Source: a virus. From it: a DNA stretch of 64,000 nucleotides. The notes beneath the pieces are model-generated. The model saw nothing but the letters and a program-made list of their open reading frames with translations. It did no database searches and was not told the DNA's origin. Shown here piece by piece: positions 20,855-30,647 of the stretch. The stretch lies in IMG/VR virus record IMGVR_UViG_3300044675_005482, positions 32,001 through 96,000 of that record. The stretch is one strand, 5' to 3'. The translations under genes and the position numbers were made by a program. Position 1 is the stretch's first letter, and every line of letters starts with the position of its first letter.

Positions 20855-21200
20855 TTTCCCATCTGGCATAGCAGTTAAAACAGACAAGAATACATATTGG
20901 ATTAAAGATTCTAAAAGGTATAAGTTAATATCTGACCGTGCTGCAAACTCATGGTCATTTACAACTGTTAATGCCACAGAAGAAGCTTTATCTAGCACAA
21001 AGCTTGTTGGCAAGCTAGGATTTAGAGATGGAACCTTGATAAAAAACATCTCAGATGGTAAAATGTATTTAGTATCACAGAATAAACTAAGACACATTTC
21101 TGACCCAGATCTATTTTTAAAATATGGTTTAGACAGATCAAAGGTTATAGAAGTATCTGATGCAGAAATTAAGTCACATGATTTAGGAGAAAATTTATAA
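20802..21200 (+). CDS. Hypothetical protein with two internal repeats
   Basis: GIAVK..YWIKDSKRYKL / GTLIK..YLVSQNKLRHI duplicated unit. Confidence 0.55.
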   Translation: MGLFKSTQTPLIISQPTNFPSGIAVKTDKNTYWIKDSKRYKLISDRAANSWSFTTVNATEEALSSTKLVGKLGFRDGTLIKNISDGKMYLVSQNKLRHISDPDLFLKYGLDRSKVIEVSDAEIKSHDLGENL

Positions 21201-21622
21201 TGGCATTTAATGATGGAGAGCCTTTAGACGCTGCAAAGCTTGGGGCATTAGAGCTACAGATTAATAATCTAAGCGCTAATATACCAAAGATTGGTGCATC
21301 TACTACAAATGTTACTGTAAATAATCAGACAGTCCAGCAAGCAAATATTCCACAAATAGTAGGAAATGCATTTGGAGAACCATGGGCATTAAAATTAGGA
21401 CACAATACTAAAGACTTTCAGTTTCCAGGAACTGGATTAAATAGCATTCCTAAGGCAGTGATTCTTACTACAAGACACGGTGGGTCTAAGAATGTTTGGA
21501 CTCCAGCGGTAGGTACAAAAACTGGAAGCATAACACAATCTGGTTTTACGGCACACGTATTCTTGCCAAGTGGTTGTACTCCACACAATATCTATATCAG
21601 CTATATGGCAATCTGCTACTAG
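21200..21622 (+). CDS. Putative tail-associated protein (possible small lectin-like C-terminus)
   Basis: MAFNDGEPLDAAKL start; C-terminus ITQSGFTA...ISYMAI resembles phage fibre tips. Confidence 0.45.
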   Translation: MAFNDGEPLDAAKLGALELQINNLSANIPKIGASTTNVTVNNQTVQQANIPQIVGNAFGEPWALKLGHNTKDFQFPGTGLNSIPKAVILTTRHGGSKNVWTPAVGTKTGSITQSGFTAHVFLPSGCTPHNIYISYMAICY

Positions 21623-21663
21623 TTGACAACACAAGTTAATATGTTACACTTACGGTGTAACAT
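21623..21663 (+). promoter_or_regulatory. Promoter TTGACA-N16-TACACT overlapped by a 9-bp inverted repeat (possible operator)
   Basis: ATGTTACAC-TTACG-GTGTAACAT at 21641-21663. Confidence 0.5.
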
Positions 21664-21664
21664 C

Positions 21665-21689
21665 AAAGTCACGCACCCGTGACTTTTTT
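21665..21689 (+). terminator. Intrinsic terminator at the end of the structural module
   Basis: AAAGTCACG-CACC-CGTGACTTTTTT. Confidence 0.75.
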
Positions 21690-21705
21690 CGTATAAAGGC
21701 GAACA

Positions 21706-22506
21706 ATGAGCAACGATTTAAAGTGGATGCTTTCATCCGACCAGCAGTTTCCGTATCAAGACGACAAGATGATTGCCCTATGGTTTAAGGTAATGAAATG
21801 GTTCAAGCCAGACGTTGTAGACTATCTTGGCGATACAGATGACCAAGCTTGCTACAGCAAGTATACAGAAGGAAGATCGGCTGAGTTTTTAAACTATCAC
21901 AAGACAGAAAGCGGAGACCTCATTGTTCCAATGATGCGTCACGAAGCAAAGGGTGCAAGAGATTTCTATGCAAAGACAAGAGACATGCTTCCAGATGCTC
22001 AATTATTTTCTGCTTTAGGTAATCACGACATTAGAGTATTTAATTATGTAGATGCAAAGCTTCCAGAGTATATTAGCGAAGTAACTCCAGAATCTTTGTG
22101 GAGCCTTGACTCTTTAGGATACGAATACATTTATTACAATGAACTTCCTAAGCGCCGCTTTGGAGACATACATGTACACCATGGACTTTCTGTTTCAGCA
22201 ACTGGTGCTGTTAGAAAAGACATGGAAGATTTACAGGTTTCATTAATTCGTGGCCACTCACACAGAATTGCTTCGCATATGGTAACATATGAACTTAGAA
22301 ATAATGGAGAGGGAGAAACTCTGCGTGGCTATGAAATTGGACATATGTGTGATGAAAAGAGTGATGGCATGAAGTATAGCCAGCATCATGACTGGCAAAA
22401 GGGGTTTGCAGTTGCACATATTGTAAACGACTATCCACACATTCAAATGATTCACGTATCCCCAGACTACTCATGCGTAGTGGATGGAAAGGTGTTTACT
22501 TTATAA
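21706..22506 (+). CDS. Calcineurin-like metallophosphoesterase
   Basis: SDQQ, LGD, GNHD, HHG and GHSH motifs. Confidence 0.8.
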   Translation: MSNDLKWMLSSDQQFPYQDDKMIALWFKVMKWFKPDVVDYLGDTDDQACYSKYTEGRSAEFLNYHKTESGDLIVPMMRHEAKGARDFYAKTRDMLPDAQLFSALGNHDIRVFNYVDAKLPEYISEVTPESLWSLDSLGYEYIYYNELPKRRFGDIHVHHGLSVSATGAVRKDMEDLQVSLIRGHSHRIASHMVTYELRNNGEGETLRGYEIGHMCDEKSDGMKYSQHHDWQKGFAVAHIVNDYPHIQMIHVSPDYSCVVDGKVFTL

Positions 22507-22691
22507 TGTGGTGCCAAAAATGTAATGGCAGGGTTTTTGTAGATAGAGTATTTTCACAAAAATTACATATGGAGCTATTCTGCATAATGTGTGGAAAGCG
22601 TTGGATGATTAATAAGGAAACGAGTGCTTTCGGTAAATGGCTAGATCAAAAAGAAACGGCAAATCAAAAAGCTTACGGTATTTCTTCCTAA
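22506..22691 (+). CDS. Small zinc-ribbon protein
   Basis: CQKC...CIMC; ATG 22506 coupled to the upstream stop. Confidence 0.6.
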   Translation: MWCQKCNGRVFVDRVFSQKLHMELFCIMCGKRWMINKETSAFGKWLDQKETANQKAYGISS

Positions 22692-23116
22692 ACGATAAGA
22701 TACATAAGGTATTAAAGCTTTCAAGGTCTAAAGACGAATTGGTTGCTTGGTGCTATCCAGACAAAAAAAGATATATGTACTCCTATTCTCAAGTTAAAAA
22801 GCATATGGAGAATGCATACGATCTAACTGAAGTTGGATCAATGCTGGGCAAGCACAGAGTAACCATACTTGATTATATACTTGAAGGAAAGATCGTTGCC
22901 CCACAGAAAGTTTATCCAATAGGCAATCCAGAAAGCACATGGTCAAAGTATATGTTTAATCAAAAAGACATATACGGATTACATGAGTTTATTTTAGATT
23001 CAGGGCATGCTTCAAACATGCCTTCTAAAATAGAATTAACAGCGCTTCTCAAACACAACATTATATTGTATACTAAGACCGAATCGGGATTCGTACCAGT
23101 ATGGAAGGCGGAGTAG
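22637..23116 (+). CDS. Putative HTH DNA-binding protein
   Basis: YDLTEVGSMLGKHRVTILDYILEGKI MerR/excisionase-like HTH. Confidence 0.55.
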   Translation: MARSKRNGKSKSLRYFFLNDKIHKVLKLSRSKDELVAWCYPDKKRYMYSYSQVKKHMENAYDLTEVGSMLGKHRVTILDYILEGKIVAPQKVYPIGNPESTWSKYMFNQKDIYGLHEFILDSGHASNMPSKIELTALLKHNIILYTKTESGFVPVWKAE

Positions 23117-23229
23117 TGGAAAAGGGAAGAACTGTTAACTGTGAGCTTTGTGGAAGAGACATAGAAGTTCGTTGGGGAATATTTGCTAACGAAACATTAT
23201 CAAGACATAAGAAGGCGGAACATAAATGA
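23116..23229 (+). CDS. 37-aa C2H2-type zinc-finger microprotein (not in ORF track)
   Basis: GTG start overlapping the upstream TAG; VEKGRTVNCELCGRDIEVRWGIFANETLSRHKKAEHK*; stop overlaps the next ATG. Confidence 0.55.
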   Translation: MEKGRTVNCELCGRDIEVRWGIFANETLSRHKKAEHK

Positions 23230-23429
23230 CAACGAAGGTAAAAGTAGACCTGTCTTTTACAAGAAATCTTGGGAACTATGAAAGCATTAAAATTGGAATA
23301 GGTATTGAAGATGATGTACGACAAGGTGAGAATGTTGATGCTGCAACAGAACGTGTATACAAATTTGTTGAAGATAAGCTAATCCAAAAAACTCGTGAGG
23401 TAGAAGAGGAGCTTAAGGGTGGCAAATGA
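23226..23429 (+). CDS. Hypothetical protein
   Basis: TRNLGNYESIKI motif; tight operon coupling. Confidence 0.65.
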   Translation: MTTKVKVDLSFTRNLGNYESIKIGIGIEDDVRQGENVDAATERVYKFVEDKLIQKTREVEEELKGGK

Positions 23430-23742
23430 TAGATCTCCATATATCTTAATGTCAATGTATCAGGCACTATATAAAGAAAGATATGGCACTGAGCCACGAA
23501 TGAATAAGTTTCGTGAGAAGTGGGCTATGCAAGATGTTATTGATAGTGTAGGATTAGATCGTGCAAAAGAGATACTGTCGTACTACTTTACACTGCCAAA
23601 GGGTGGCCACCCACTCCAATTCTTTCTGTATAACTTTGATAGAATAGATGCAGCTATTTCAGAGGCTGAAAAAGATAAAGAACGTCGTCGTTTGTTATTA
23701 GAGGAAACGAAAAATTTAGTTGAAAGAGGCGGCATAGAGTGA
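23419..23742 (+). CDS. Hypothetical protein upstream of helicase (possible loader/initiator)
   Basis: 107 aa coupled to dnaB; function from position only. Confidence 0.5.
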   Translation: MANDRSPYILMSMYQALYKERYGTEPRMNKFREKWAMQDVIDSVGLDRAKEILSYYFTLPKGGHPLQFFLYNFDRIDAAISEAEKDKERRRLLLEETKNLVERGGIE

Positions 23743-24986
23743 ATACAGAAGCAACATTAATTTCTGCTGTATGTAAGAATAAAGATATTAGCACATTGCT
23801 GGCAGATAACGTAGACGAACTCTTTACATCGCATAGAGACATCTGGGAAGGTTTAAAATCTTATTACTATAAGTTTAAAGCTGTACCAGAAGCTGGTGTG
23901 CTGCTTGAAAAGTTTAAAGATTTTGAGATTGACCCAAACGCAAAAGCTGAGACTGGATACTATTTAGACAAACTAAAGAACGAGTATCTAACTAATAGGC
24001 TAAAGAATATTATTCTTAAGAGCGGCTCAATGCTTAAAGAAGATGCAGCATCTAGAGTTCTTGAGCAAATGCAAGTTCAGTTATCTTCTCTTAGCAAATT
24101 TACTAGCAATGTTAGAGATTTAGATGTTACTGATATTGAAAATGCTACAAAGCACTTTGAGGCGGTAAAGCTTAGGTCTGCTGAAATGGGTGGATCTCCA
24201 GGAATTAAAACTGGGTTTGAAGCTATTGATTTAGCATACCCAACTGGTATGGCTCCTGGACACCTTATAGTTGCTATTGGTTGGCCAGGCCGTGGTAAGA
24301 CATGGTTTACATCCTACCTCGCATGCAAGGCTTGGGAACAGGGATTCAAGCCAATGATTGTTTCACTTGAAATGTCACCAGAAAATATGCGTGACCGTAT
24401 ATTTACAATGTTAGGCTCTGGACTATTTCGTGCAAGTGATTTGTCAAAGGGTGACATTAACATTGACGATTTCCGTTCTTGGGGTAAAAAAAGATTTGAT
24501 GAAAAGAATGGATTCGTTCTTGTATCAAATGAGGGAATGGCAGAAGTTACTCCTGCAACTATTCAGGGTAAGATTGATCAGCACAAACCAGACTTAGTTA
24601 TTTTAGATTATCATCAGCTGTTTTCAGATAATAAAAAATCTATGGGTGCTACAGAGCGTAACATGAATATCTCTCGTGAGTTTAAAATGTTAGCAATGAG
24701 CAATAACATTCCTATTATTGATATTACTGCAGCAACTATGGACGATGTATCAGATCAGGATAATCCTCCGATGCTATCTCAGGTTGCTTGGTCTAAGGCT
24801 ATTGAATACGATGCTGATATGGCTATTGCAATTCATAAATATACTGGAACAAATATGGTTGAGGTGGTTTCAAGAAAGAATCGTCACGGCCAAGAGTTTG
24901 GCATGTATCTAGATTGGGATATCAACCGTGGTATTGTCAAAGAGATTTACGAAAATCCTTTTGCGAATGACGCACAAAAGAATTAA
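23739..24986 (+). CDS. dnaB: DnaB-like replicative helicase
   Basis: Walker A GWPGRGKT, SLEMS, VILDY, IEYDAD, KNRHG. Confidence 0.92.
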   Translation: MNTEATLISAVCKNKDISTLLADNVDELFTSHRDIWEGLKSYYYKFKAVPEAGVLLEKFKDFEIDPNAKAETGYYLDKLKNEYLTNRLKNIILKSGSMLKEDAASRVLEQMQVQLSSLSKFTSNVRDLDVTDIENATKHFEAVKLRSAEMGGSPGIKTGFEAIDLAYPTGMAPGHLIVAIGWPGRGKTWFTSYLACKAWEQGFKPMIVSLEMSPENMRDRIFTMLGSGLFRASDLSKGDINIDDFRSWGKKRFDEKNGFVLVSNEGMAEVTPATIQGKIDQHKPDLVILDYHQLFSDNKKSMGATERNMNISREFKMLAMSNNIPIIDITAATMDDVSDQDNPPMLSQVAWSKAIEYDADMAIAIHKYTGTNMVEVVSRKNRHGQEFGMYLDWDINRGIVKEIYENPFANDAQKN

Positions 24987-25269
24987 AAGATTTCAGGTTG
25001 ATGTCGAGTTTGGTGATAATGCACAGATTATAAGCTTAAGGCCTCAGTACGAAAATTTGTTAGTGCACGACATGAGGTCAAAGGGATACGTTAGGGTACT
25101 TGACATAGACCCAGCGTTTTCGGTAGAATTTACAGGTGAAACATGGAAGTTCTTAATGACTCTTCATGGCGTATACGTAGGAAAGAAGAAGGCATGGCAA
25201 TCGGAGGGTATAATACAAAGCAAGTTGATACCACGCAATATTCCCCAGCACACATTAAGTCAATATTAA
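24967..25269 (+). CDS. Hypothetical protein between helicase and primase
   Basis: ATG 24967; overlaps both neighbours. Confidence 0.55.
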   Translation: MTHKRIKRFQVDVEFGDNAQIISLRPQYENLLVHDMRSKGYVRVLDIDPAFSVEFTGETWKFLMTLHGVYVGKKKAWQSEGIIQSKLIPRNIPQHTLSQY

Positions 25270-26192
25270 AATCAATTGGCTTAGAGATAGTTGGAGAAAC
25301 CAACAACGATTTCCTATGCTACTGCCCATTTCATTCAAATAGACATACATCAAGCTTTAGCGTAAGTCGTGAGAAAGGCGCTTTTATTTGTTTTAATCCA
25401 GCATGTGGAGAAGCTGGAACCTTATTAGATTTAGTTAAAAGAACAATGCAGAAGAATGATTTTGAGTCTATGAGGTTTATATCCTCAAAAGAAACAGAGG
25501 CATTAGAAAACTTTGATGAGCTACTTAATGATGCAGTATCAGACAAGCCTGTATTTGAAGAGTTTCCTTATGAAACCTTAGTTAAATTAAATGATGATTT
25601 GGTTACTGAATGGAAAGCCCAAAGGTACTTTGAGTCCAGAGGAATTACTATGGAGTCTGGAAAGTATTTTAATTTAGGGTATTCAAAAAATATGGACATG
25701 GTTACAGTGCCAGTTCACAGTCCAGACGGAATGCCAATTGGTATTGTAGGAAGATCAATAGAAGGAAAGTCATTTAAAAACAGCACAAACTTACCTAAAA
25801 GCAAAACTCTTTTTAATATTCACCGTGCTAAAAAGATTGGCGGAAATGTAATAGTTGTGGAGTCTAGCTTTGATGCAATCCGTGTGCATCAGGCTGGCTT
25901 CCCAAACGTTGTTGCTACCCTTGGTGGCTTTTTGTCAACAGAGCAACAGCATTTACTAAACAGATATTTTAATAAGATATTAATAATGACAGACTCAGAT
26001 TTAGCTGGCAGGCAATTAGGCTTAAGCATAGCTAATAAATTAAAGATGAAAGACCTCTTGTGGGCTTCTTACGAATATGGTAAGATATATCCACATGATG
26101 CAAAAGATGTGGGCGATATGACTGATGAAGAGATTAAAGCCTGTATTAAAAACGCTGTATCCGATATAGAATACAGATCCTGGAACTCGTGA
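25194..26192 (+). CDS. dnaG: DNA primase (CHC2 zinc finger + TOPRIM)
   Basis: CPFH...CFNPAC, VVESSFD, MTDSDLAG, KDVGD; start may be 25143. Confidence 0.9.
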   Translation: MAIGGYNTKQVDTTQYSPAHIKSILKSIGLEIVGETNNDFLCYCPFHSNRHTSSFSVSREKGAFICFNPACGEAGTLLDLVKRTMQKNDFESMRFISSKETEALENFDELLNDAVSDKPVFEEFPYETLVKLNDDLVTEWKAQRYFESRGITMESGKYFNLGYSKNMDMVTVPVHSPDGMPIGIVGRSIEGKSFKNSTNLPKSKTLFNIHRAKKIGGNVIVVESSFDAIRVHQAGFPNVVATLGGFLSTEQQHLLNRYFNKILIMTDSDLAGRQLGLSIANKLKMKDLLWASYEYGKIYPHDAKDVGDMTDEEIKACIKNAVSDIEYRSWNS

Positions 26193-26198
26193 TATAAT
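26190..26198 (+). promoter_or_regulatory. Extended -10 promoter for SSB gene
   Basis: TGATATAAT, leader hairpin, then AAGGAG RBS. Confidence 0.55.
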
Positions 26199-26244
26199 AC
26201 AAATACAGATGGATTTACACCATCAATTACACAAGGAGATATAA

Positions 26245-26916
26245 ATGAGTATAGTAAAAGGTCTAAAAGACTTAAACAAGGCACTAGATAAGCCAACATA
26301 CAGTGGCGGAGATGAAAACAAAGGTCGCTGGCTAAAGATTGAAGATGGCGAAAGCGTAAAGATCCGTTTCTTGCAGGAACTAGATCCAGATTCACCAACA
26401 TATAATGACAAGCTTGGTTGCGGATTTATCGCATTAGAGCACACAAACCCAAAGGATTACCGTCGTAAGGCTCTAGACACAATGGAGACCGAAGGCCGTG
26501 ACTGGGCAAACGAACAGCATCGTAAGGATCCAAAGGCTGGCTGGAAGGCAAAGACACGCCTTTACATCAACGTATTAGTAGATGACGGCAAGGAAGAACC
26601 ATACGTTGCAATCCTTTCACAAGGCACAAGTGGAAAAACAATCACACCTACTCTTATTGAGTATGCTGGCGAAATTGGAAGCATTACTAATCTGATGTGG
26701 CGCATTAAGCGTAATGGGCTTAAGACAGATACAAGTTACACAATCATTCCACTCGCAAAGGATGAGACCCCATTTGATTTCTCAGGTCTAGAATTGTTTG
26801 ATCTTGAGAAGACAGCAGTCAGACACGTTCCATATGCAGAGCAGGAAGCTTTTTATATGGGCGAAGGCGGAAGCGCAGAAGAGTCTTCTTCTACAAGCAG
26901 CAGCCTAGACTGGTAA
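26245..26916 (+). CDS. Single-stranded DNA-binding protein (gp32-like)
   Basis: WLKIEDGESVKIRFL, acidic Ser-rich tail ending in W; between primase and polymerase. Confidence 0.75.
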   Translation: MSIVKGLKDLNKALDKPTYSGGDENKGRWLKIEDGESVKIRFLQELDPDSPTYNDKLGCGFIALEHTNPKDYRRKALDTMETEGRDWANEQHRKDPKAGWKAKTRLYINVLVDDGKEEPYVAILSQGTSGKTITPTLIEYAGEIGSITNLMWRIKRNGLKTDTSYTIIPLAKDETPFDFSGLELFDLEKTAVRHVPYAEQEAFYMGEGGSAEESSSTSSSLDW

Positions 26917-26924
26917 CATTAAAT

Positions 26925-26954
26925 AATAGGGCCAGTCTATTGACTGGCCCTATT
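26925..26954 (+). terminator. Terminator hairpin after SSB, overlapping the next -35
   Basis: AATAGGGCCAGTC-TATT-GACTGGCCCTATT perfect 13-bp stem. Confidence 0.75.
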
Positions 26955-26968
26955 GTATTTAGTAGAAT
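26940..26968 (+). promoter_or_regulatory. SigA-type promoter TTGACT-N17-TAGAAT, leaderless
   Basis: ATG 26975 lies 6 nt after the -10. Confidence 0.7.
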
Positions 26969-26974
26969 AGCAAC

Positions 26975-27181
26975 ATGATATCATACGAAATACCAGATCC
27001 ATTTACTACATTTGTTACTAAAAAGTATCAAAACTATACTGGAATGGCTTATGATTTCTTTGCCAGAGAATGGCATTTAAAGTGTGCTTGTTGCAAAGAG
27101 GATCTATATGCACCAAACAAAAAGCTTATGACAAAGATTAGACTTTATCATACTAGAAACGAATGCACAGGCGGATATTAA
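26975..27181 (+). CDS. Small Cys/His zinc-binding protein
   Basis: CACC...H...C. Confidence 0.55.
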   Translation: MISYEIPDPFTTFVTKKYQNYTGMAYDFFAREWHLKCACCKEDLYAPNKKLMTKIRLYHTRNECTGGY

Positions 27182-30100
27182 TGAGTTTTACGCACTTACA
27201 CGTTCACTCCTATTATTCATTAATGGATGGACTTAACTCACCTAAAGAATTATGTCAGGCAGCGCTAGATGCTGGACAAACTGCAATTGCAATCACAGAC
27301 CATGGTACTCTCTCGTCACACAGAGATATGCAGATTGCTGCAAAGGAAATTGGCATTAAGCCGATTCTTGGTGTTGAAGCGTACATTTCTCCAACAGATA
27401 GGTTTGACAAGTCTTCTAAAACAGACAAGAGTATTCAAGCCTATAACCATATTATTTTGCTAGCTAAAAATAAGACTGGGTTGGAGAATATTAATATCCT
27501 GCAAGAGCTTGCCTGGAACGAAGGCTTTTATCATAAGCCACGTATTGACAGAGAGGTATTAAAAGAATATGCTGAAGGTATTATTGTATTGTCTGGATGC
27601 CTTAATGGGCTTATCTCTAAGTGCATCGAAAGGAGCGAGTTTTCTGAGGCTAAACTTATTCTCAAAGACTTTAAGAAAACTTTCGGTGAAGATTTTTATA
27701 TTGAGGTTCAATCTCACAACCCGAAAGAGGTTAACGAAAAACTCTTAGAGTTGGCGGACGAGCTAAAGATTAAGGCGGTGGCAACAGGAGATGCTCACTT
27801 TGCTAAAGAAGAAGATAGAATTCTAGAAGAAGCCCTGCTCATTTTATCTACATCTCCAAAGGCAGACAAAGACACAGATTTTGATATGTCTAGAAACATG
27901 AAGAACATGTTAGATAGATTTAACTATCTTTATCCTGATCGTAGAATTTCATTCCAAGATATGAATCTATTTATCCAGAGTCGCTCTGAAATTGAGGCTG
28001 ACTTTAATAAGGCTGGAATTACTCGTAAGGATATTTACGATAATACAATAGAGATTACTAATAAAATTGGAGACTATGAATTCCATAGCGGACTAGACCT
28101 TCTACCAGTCCCAAAAACAGATGCTGATGAAAGACTAAGGTCCCTATCTGAAAAGGGCTTAGAGAGCCTTCAGAAGGCTTCAGACCCAATTTATATAGAG
28201 CGCCTAGAAGAAGAGCTCTCAGTAATTGCATCTAAAAACTTTGCATCTTACTTCCTTGTTGTAGCCGATATGATTAACTGGGCAAAAGAAAATGGCATTA
28301 AGGTTGGTCCAGGTCGTGGCTCTGCTGCTGGATCCTTAGTTTGTTATGCATTAGGAATTACAGATGTAGATCCAATTGAATATAACCTTTTGTTTTTCCG
28401 ATTTATTAATCCAGAGCGAAATGACTTTCCAGATATTGATACAGACTTTGAAGACCGTCGACGTAAAGAAGTTAAAGACTATTTAAAGAAAAGATTTAAG
28501 CATGTTGCTTCTATCTCTACATATACTTATTTTAAGGATAAGGGTGTAGTTAGAGATGCTGCTCGTGTATTTATGGTTCCGCTTCAAGAAGTTAACCGTG
28601 CAATGAAATCAATTGACACCTTTGAAGACTTTATGGAGTCTCCAAATACAAAAGAATTTAGAATGAAATACCCAGAAGTTGTTTGGCTTGCAGAGCGTTT
28701 ACGTGGACGCATTCGTTCTGTTGGAGTTCACGCTGCTGGAGTTGTGGTGGCAAAAGATGATCTTAGAAAGTATGCTCCAGTAGAATCTCGTGCAGATGCT
28801 AATGACGATGTATCTGGACGTATCCCAGTTGTTGCATATGATATGGATACAGTTGCAGATATCGGACTTATTAAGCTTGATGCACTTGGACTTAAGACTT
28901 TGTCTGTTATATCAGATACTTTGTCATCAATTAAAAAGAGAACTGGCAAAGATATTAATCTTTCTAGTCTTAAGTTAGACGATCCAAAAGTCTACAAGAT
29001 GCTAAGCGATGGTTATACCAAGGGAGTTTTCCAGGCAGAAGCAACCCCATACACCAATTTGCTTATCAAGATGGGTGTGGATAAGTTTGAAGACCTTGTT
29101 GCATCAAACGCTTTGGTAAGACCAGGAGCTATGAACACGGTTGGAGCAGCTTACATTGACAGAAAAAATGGTAAAGAGGCTGTTGATTTTAGCCATTTGA
29201 TTATGAAAGAGTTTACCGAAAACACATATGGTGTTATTATATATCAAGAGCAGGTTATGCAAGCCTGTGTGTATTTAGGTGGCATGTCTTGGTCAGAGGC
29301 TGATAAGGTCCGCAAGATTATTGGAAAGAAAAAGGATGCAAAAGAGTTCGACCAGTTCAAAGATCAATTTATTGATGGGGCTTCAAAACACATTACTAAG
29401 AAAAAAGCAGAGCAGCTATGGCACGACTTTGAAGCTCATGCTGGATATTCTTTCAACCGTTCTCACGCTGTTGCTTATTCTATGCTTAGCTATTATACTG
29501 CTTGGCTTAAGTCCTATTATCCTCTTGAGTTCATGTTTTCAGTTCTTAAAAACGAAAACGATAAAGATGCGAGAACAGAATATTTAATTGAGTCTAAGAG
29601 ACTAGGCATTAAAGTAAAGCTTCCACATGTAAATGAGTCTGAGATGTACTTCTCTTTAAAAAATGACTCGATTGTTTTTGGTTTAGCTGAGATTAAATTT
29701 ATTTCAGACAACATTGCAAATAAAATAATAGAAAAGAGGCCATATAAAAACTATGATGACTTTATTGAAAAATCATCGCAAAAAGGTAGCGGTATTAACA
29801 GCAGGGCTGTCTCTGCTCTTAATGCCATCGGTGGTGCGGCGTTTGATGATAATCCAAGACAAGGTAACGAAAAAGACAACTACTACGAATACCTAGGCAT
29901 ACCAACATTTAATTTGGACCTACCTCCAAGAATTAAATCTCAAGCACGACCTATTTCTGAATTTGATGATCTAGGTTCGTTTGTAATGTTTGGAATGGTA
30001 AAGGCAATTAAAAGAGGAACTGGCTGGGCCAGAGTAGAGCTTGTTGATGAAACAGGATCTATTGGACTATTCCATACAGAGCAAACACAAATTGAGACTG

Positions 30101-30447
30101 GGCAAATGTACTTCATCCTTGTTGGAGATAATCGTATTGCCAGATACATTAAGGTTGGAGACATTGATCCCAAGTCCGACGATTTGTTTGTAGACTACCT
30201 GTATCGTAAGGAATATGATTTAGAAGAAGATGAATATATAGTTGTTAACTTTACTCCATACAAAACAAAAGCTGGCAAAATGATGAGCCACATAGTTTTG
30301 TCTAATGCAGATAAAGAATTAACTAGAGTAATTGTTTTTCCAACTATGTACAAAATGTCTTTAGCAAAGATGCGTGAAGGAATGAAGTGTAAGCTGGTTC
30401 TGTCAAAACTTGACGACGGAACTTTAAATGTTAAGGAGATACTATAA
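27181..30447 (+). CDS. dnaE: DNA polymerase III alpha subunit (DnaE) with PHP domain
   Basis: HLHVHSYYSLMDG, TDHG, GPGRGSAAGSLV, PDIDTDF, KLDALGL, YSFNRSH. Confidence 0.95.
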   Translation: MSFTHLHVHSYYSLMDGLNSPKELCQAALDAGQTAIAITDHGTLSSHRDMQIAAKEIGIKPILGVEAYISPTDRFDKSSKTDKSIQAYNHIILLAKNKTGLENINILQELAWNEGFYHKPRIDREVLKEYAEGIIVLSGCLNGLISKCIERSEFSEAKLILKDFKKTFGEDFYIEVQSHNPKEVNEKLLELADELKIKAVATGDAHFAKEEDRILEEALLILSTSPKADKDTDFDMSRNMKNMLDRFNYLYPDRRISFQDMNLFIQSRSEIEADFNKAGITRKDIYDNTIEITNKIGDYEFHSGLDLLPVPKTDADERLRSLSEKGLESLQKASDPIYIERLEEELSVIASKNFASYFLVVADMINWAKENGIKVGPGRGSAAGSLVCYALGITDVDPIEYNLLFFRFINPERNDFPDIDTDFEDRRRKEVKDYLKKRFKHVASISTYTYFKDKGVVRDAARVFMVPLQEVNRAMKSIDTFEDFMESPNTKEFRMKYPEVVWLAERLRGRIRSVGVHAAGVVVAKDDLRKYAPVESRADANDDVSGRIPVVAYDMDTVADIGLIKLDALGLKTLSVISDTLSSIKKRTGKDINLSSLKLDDPKVYKMLSDGYTKGVFQAEATPYTNLLIKMGVDKFEDLVASNALVRPGAMNTVGAAYIDRKNGKEAVDFSHLIMKEFTENTYGVIIYQEQVMQACVYLGGMSWSEADKVRKIIGKKKDAKEFDQFKDQFIDGASKHITKKKAEQLWHDFEAHAGYSFNRSHAVAYSMLSYYTAWLKSYYPLEFMFSVLKNENDKDARTEYLIESKRLGIKVKLPHVNESEMYFSLKNDSIVFGLAEIKFISDNIANKIIEKRPYKNYDDFIEKSSQKGSGINSRAVSALNAIGGAAFDDNPRQGNEKDNYYEYLGIPTFNLDLPPRIKSQARPISEFDDLGSFVMFGMVKAIKRGTGWARVELVDETGSIGLFHTEQTQIETGQMYFILVGDNRIARYIKVGDIDPKSDDLFVDYLYRKEYDLEEDEYIVVNFTPYKTKAGKMMSHIVLSNADKELTRVIVFPTMYKMSLAKMREGMKCKLVLSKLDDGTLNVKEIL

Positions 30448-30647
30448 TGTCAAGCGAAGAAGAAGTTATTGCCTCGCTCAGCACAAATAAGATATTGGTG
30501 GCAATCCTAGAGTCTTTGGGTAAAGTTTCAGTACCAACCCTGACATTTTTAGATGCTTCTAATGAGGATAAAGAATTAGTTATTGACTATGACGAGGAAG
30601 GCCCGTCATTTGTTTTTAGTGTAAAGGCAAAGCAAAATAATGGATAA
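30447..30647 (+). CDS. Hypothetical protein
   Basis: 66-aa coupled ORF. Confidence 0.55.
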   Translation: MSSEEEVIASLSTNKILVAILESLGKVSVPTLTFLDASNEDKELVIDYDEEGPSFVFSVKAKQNNG

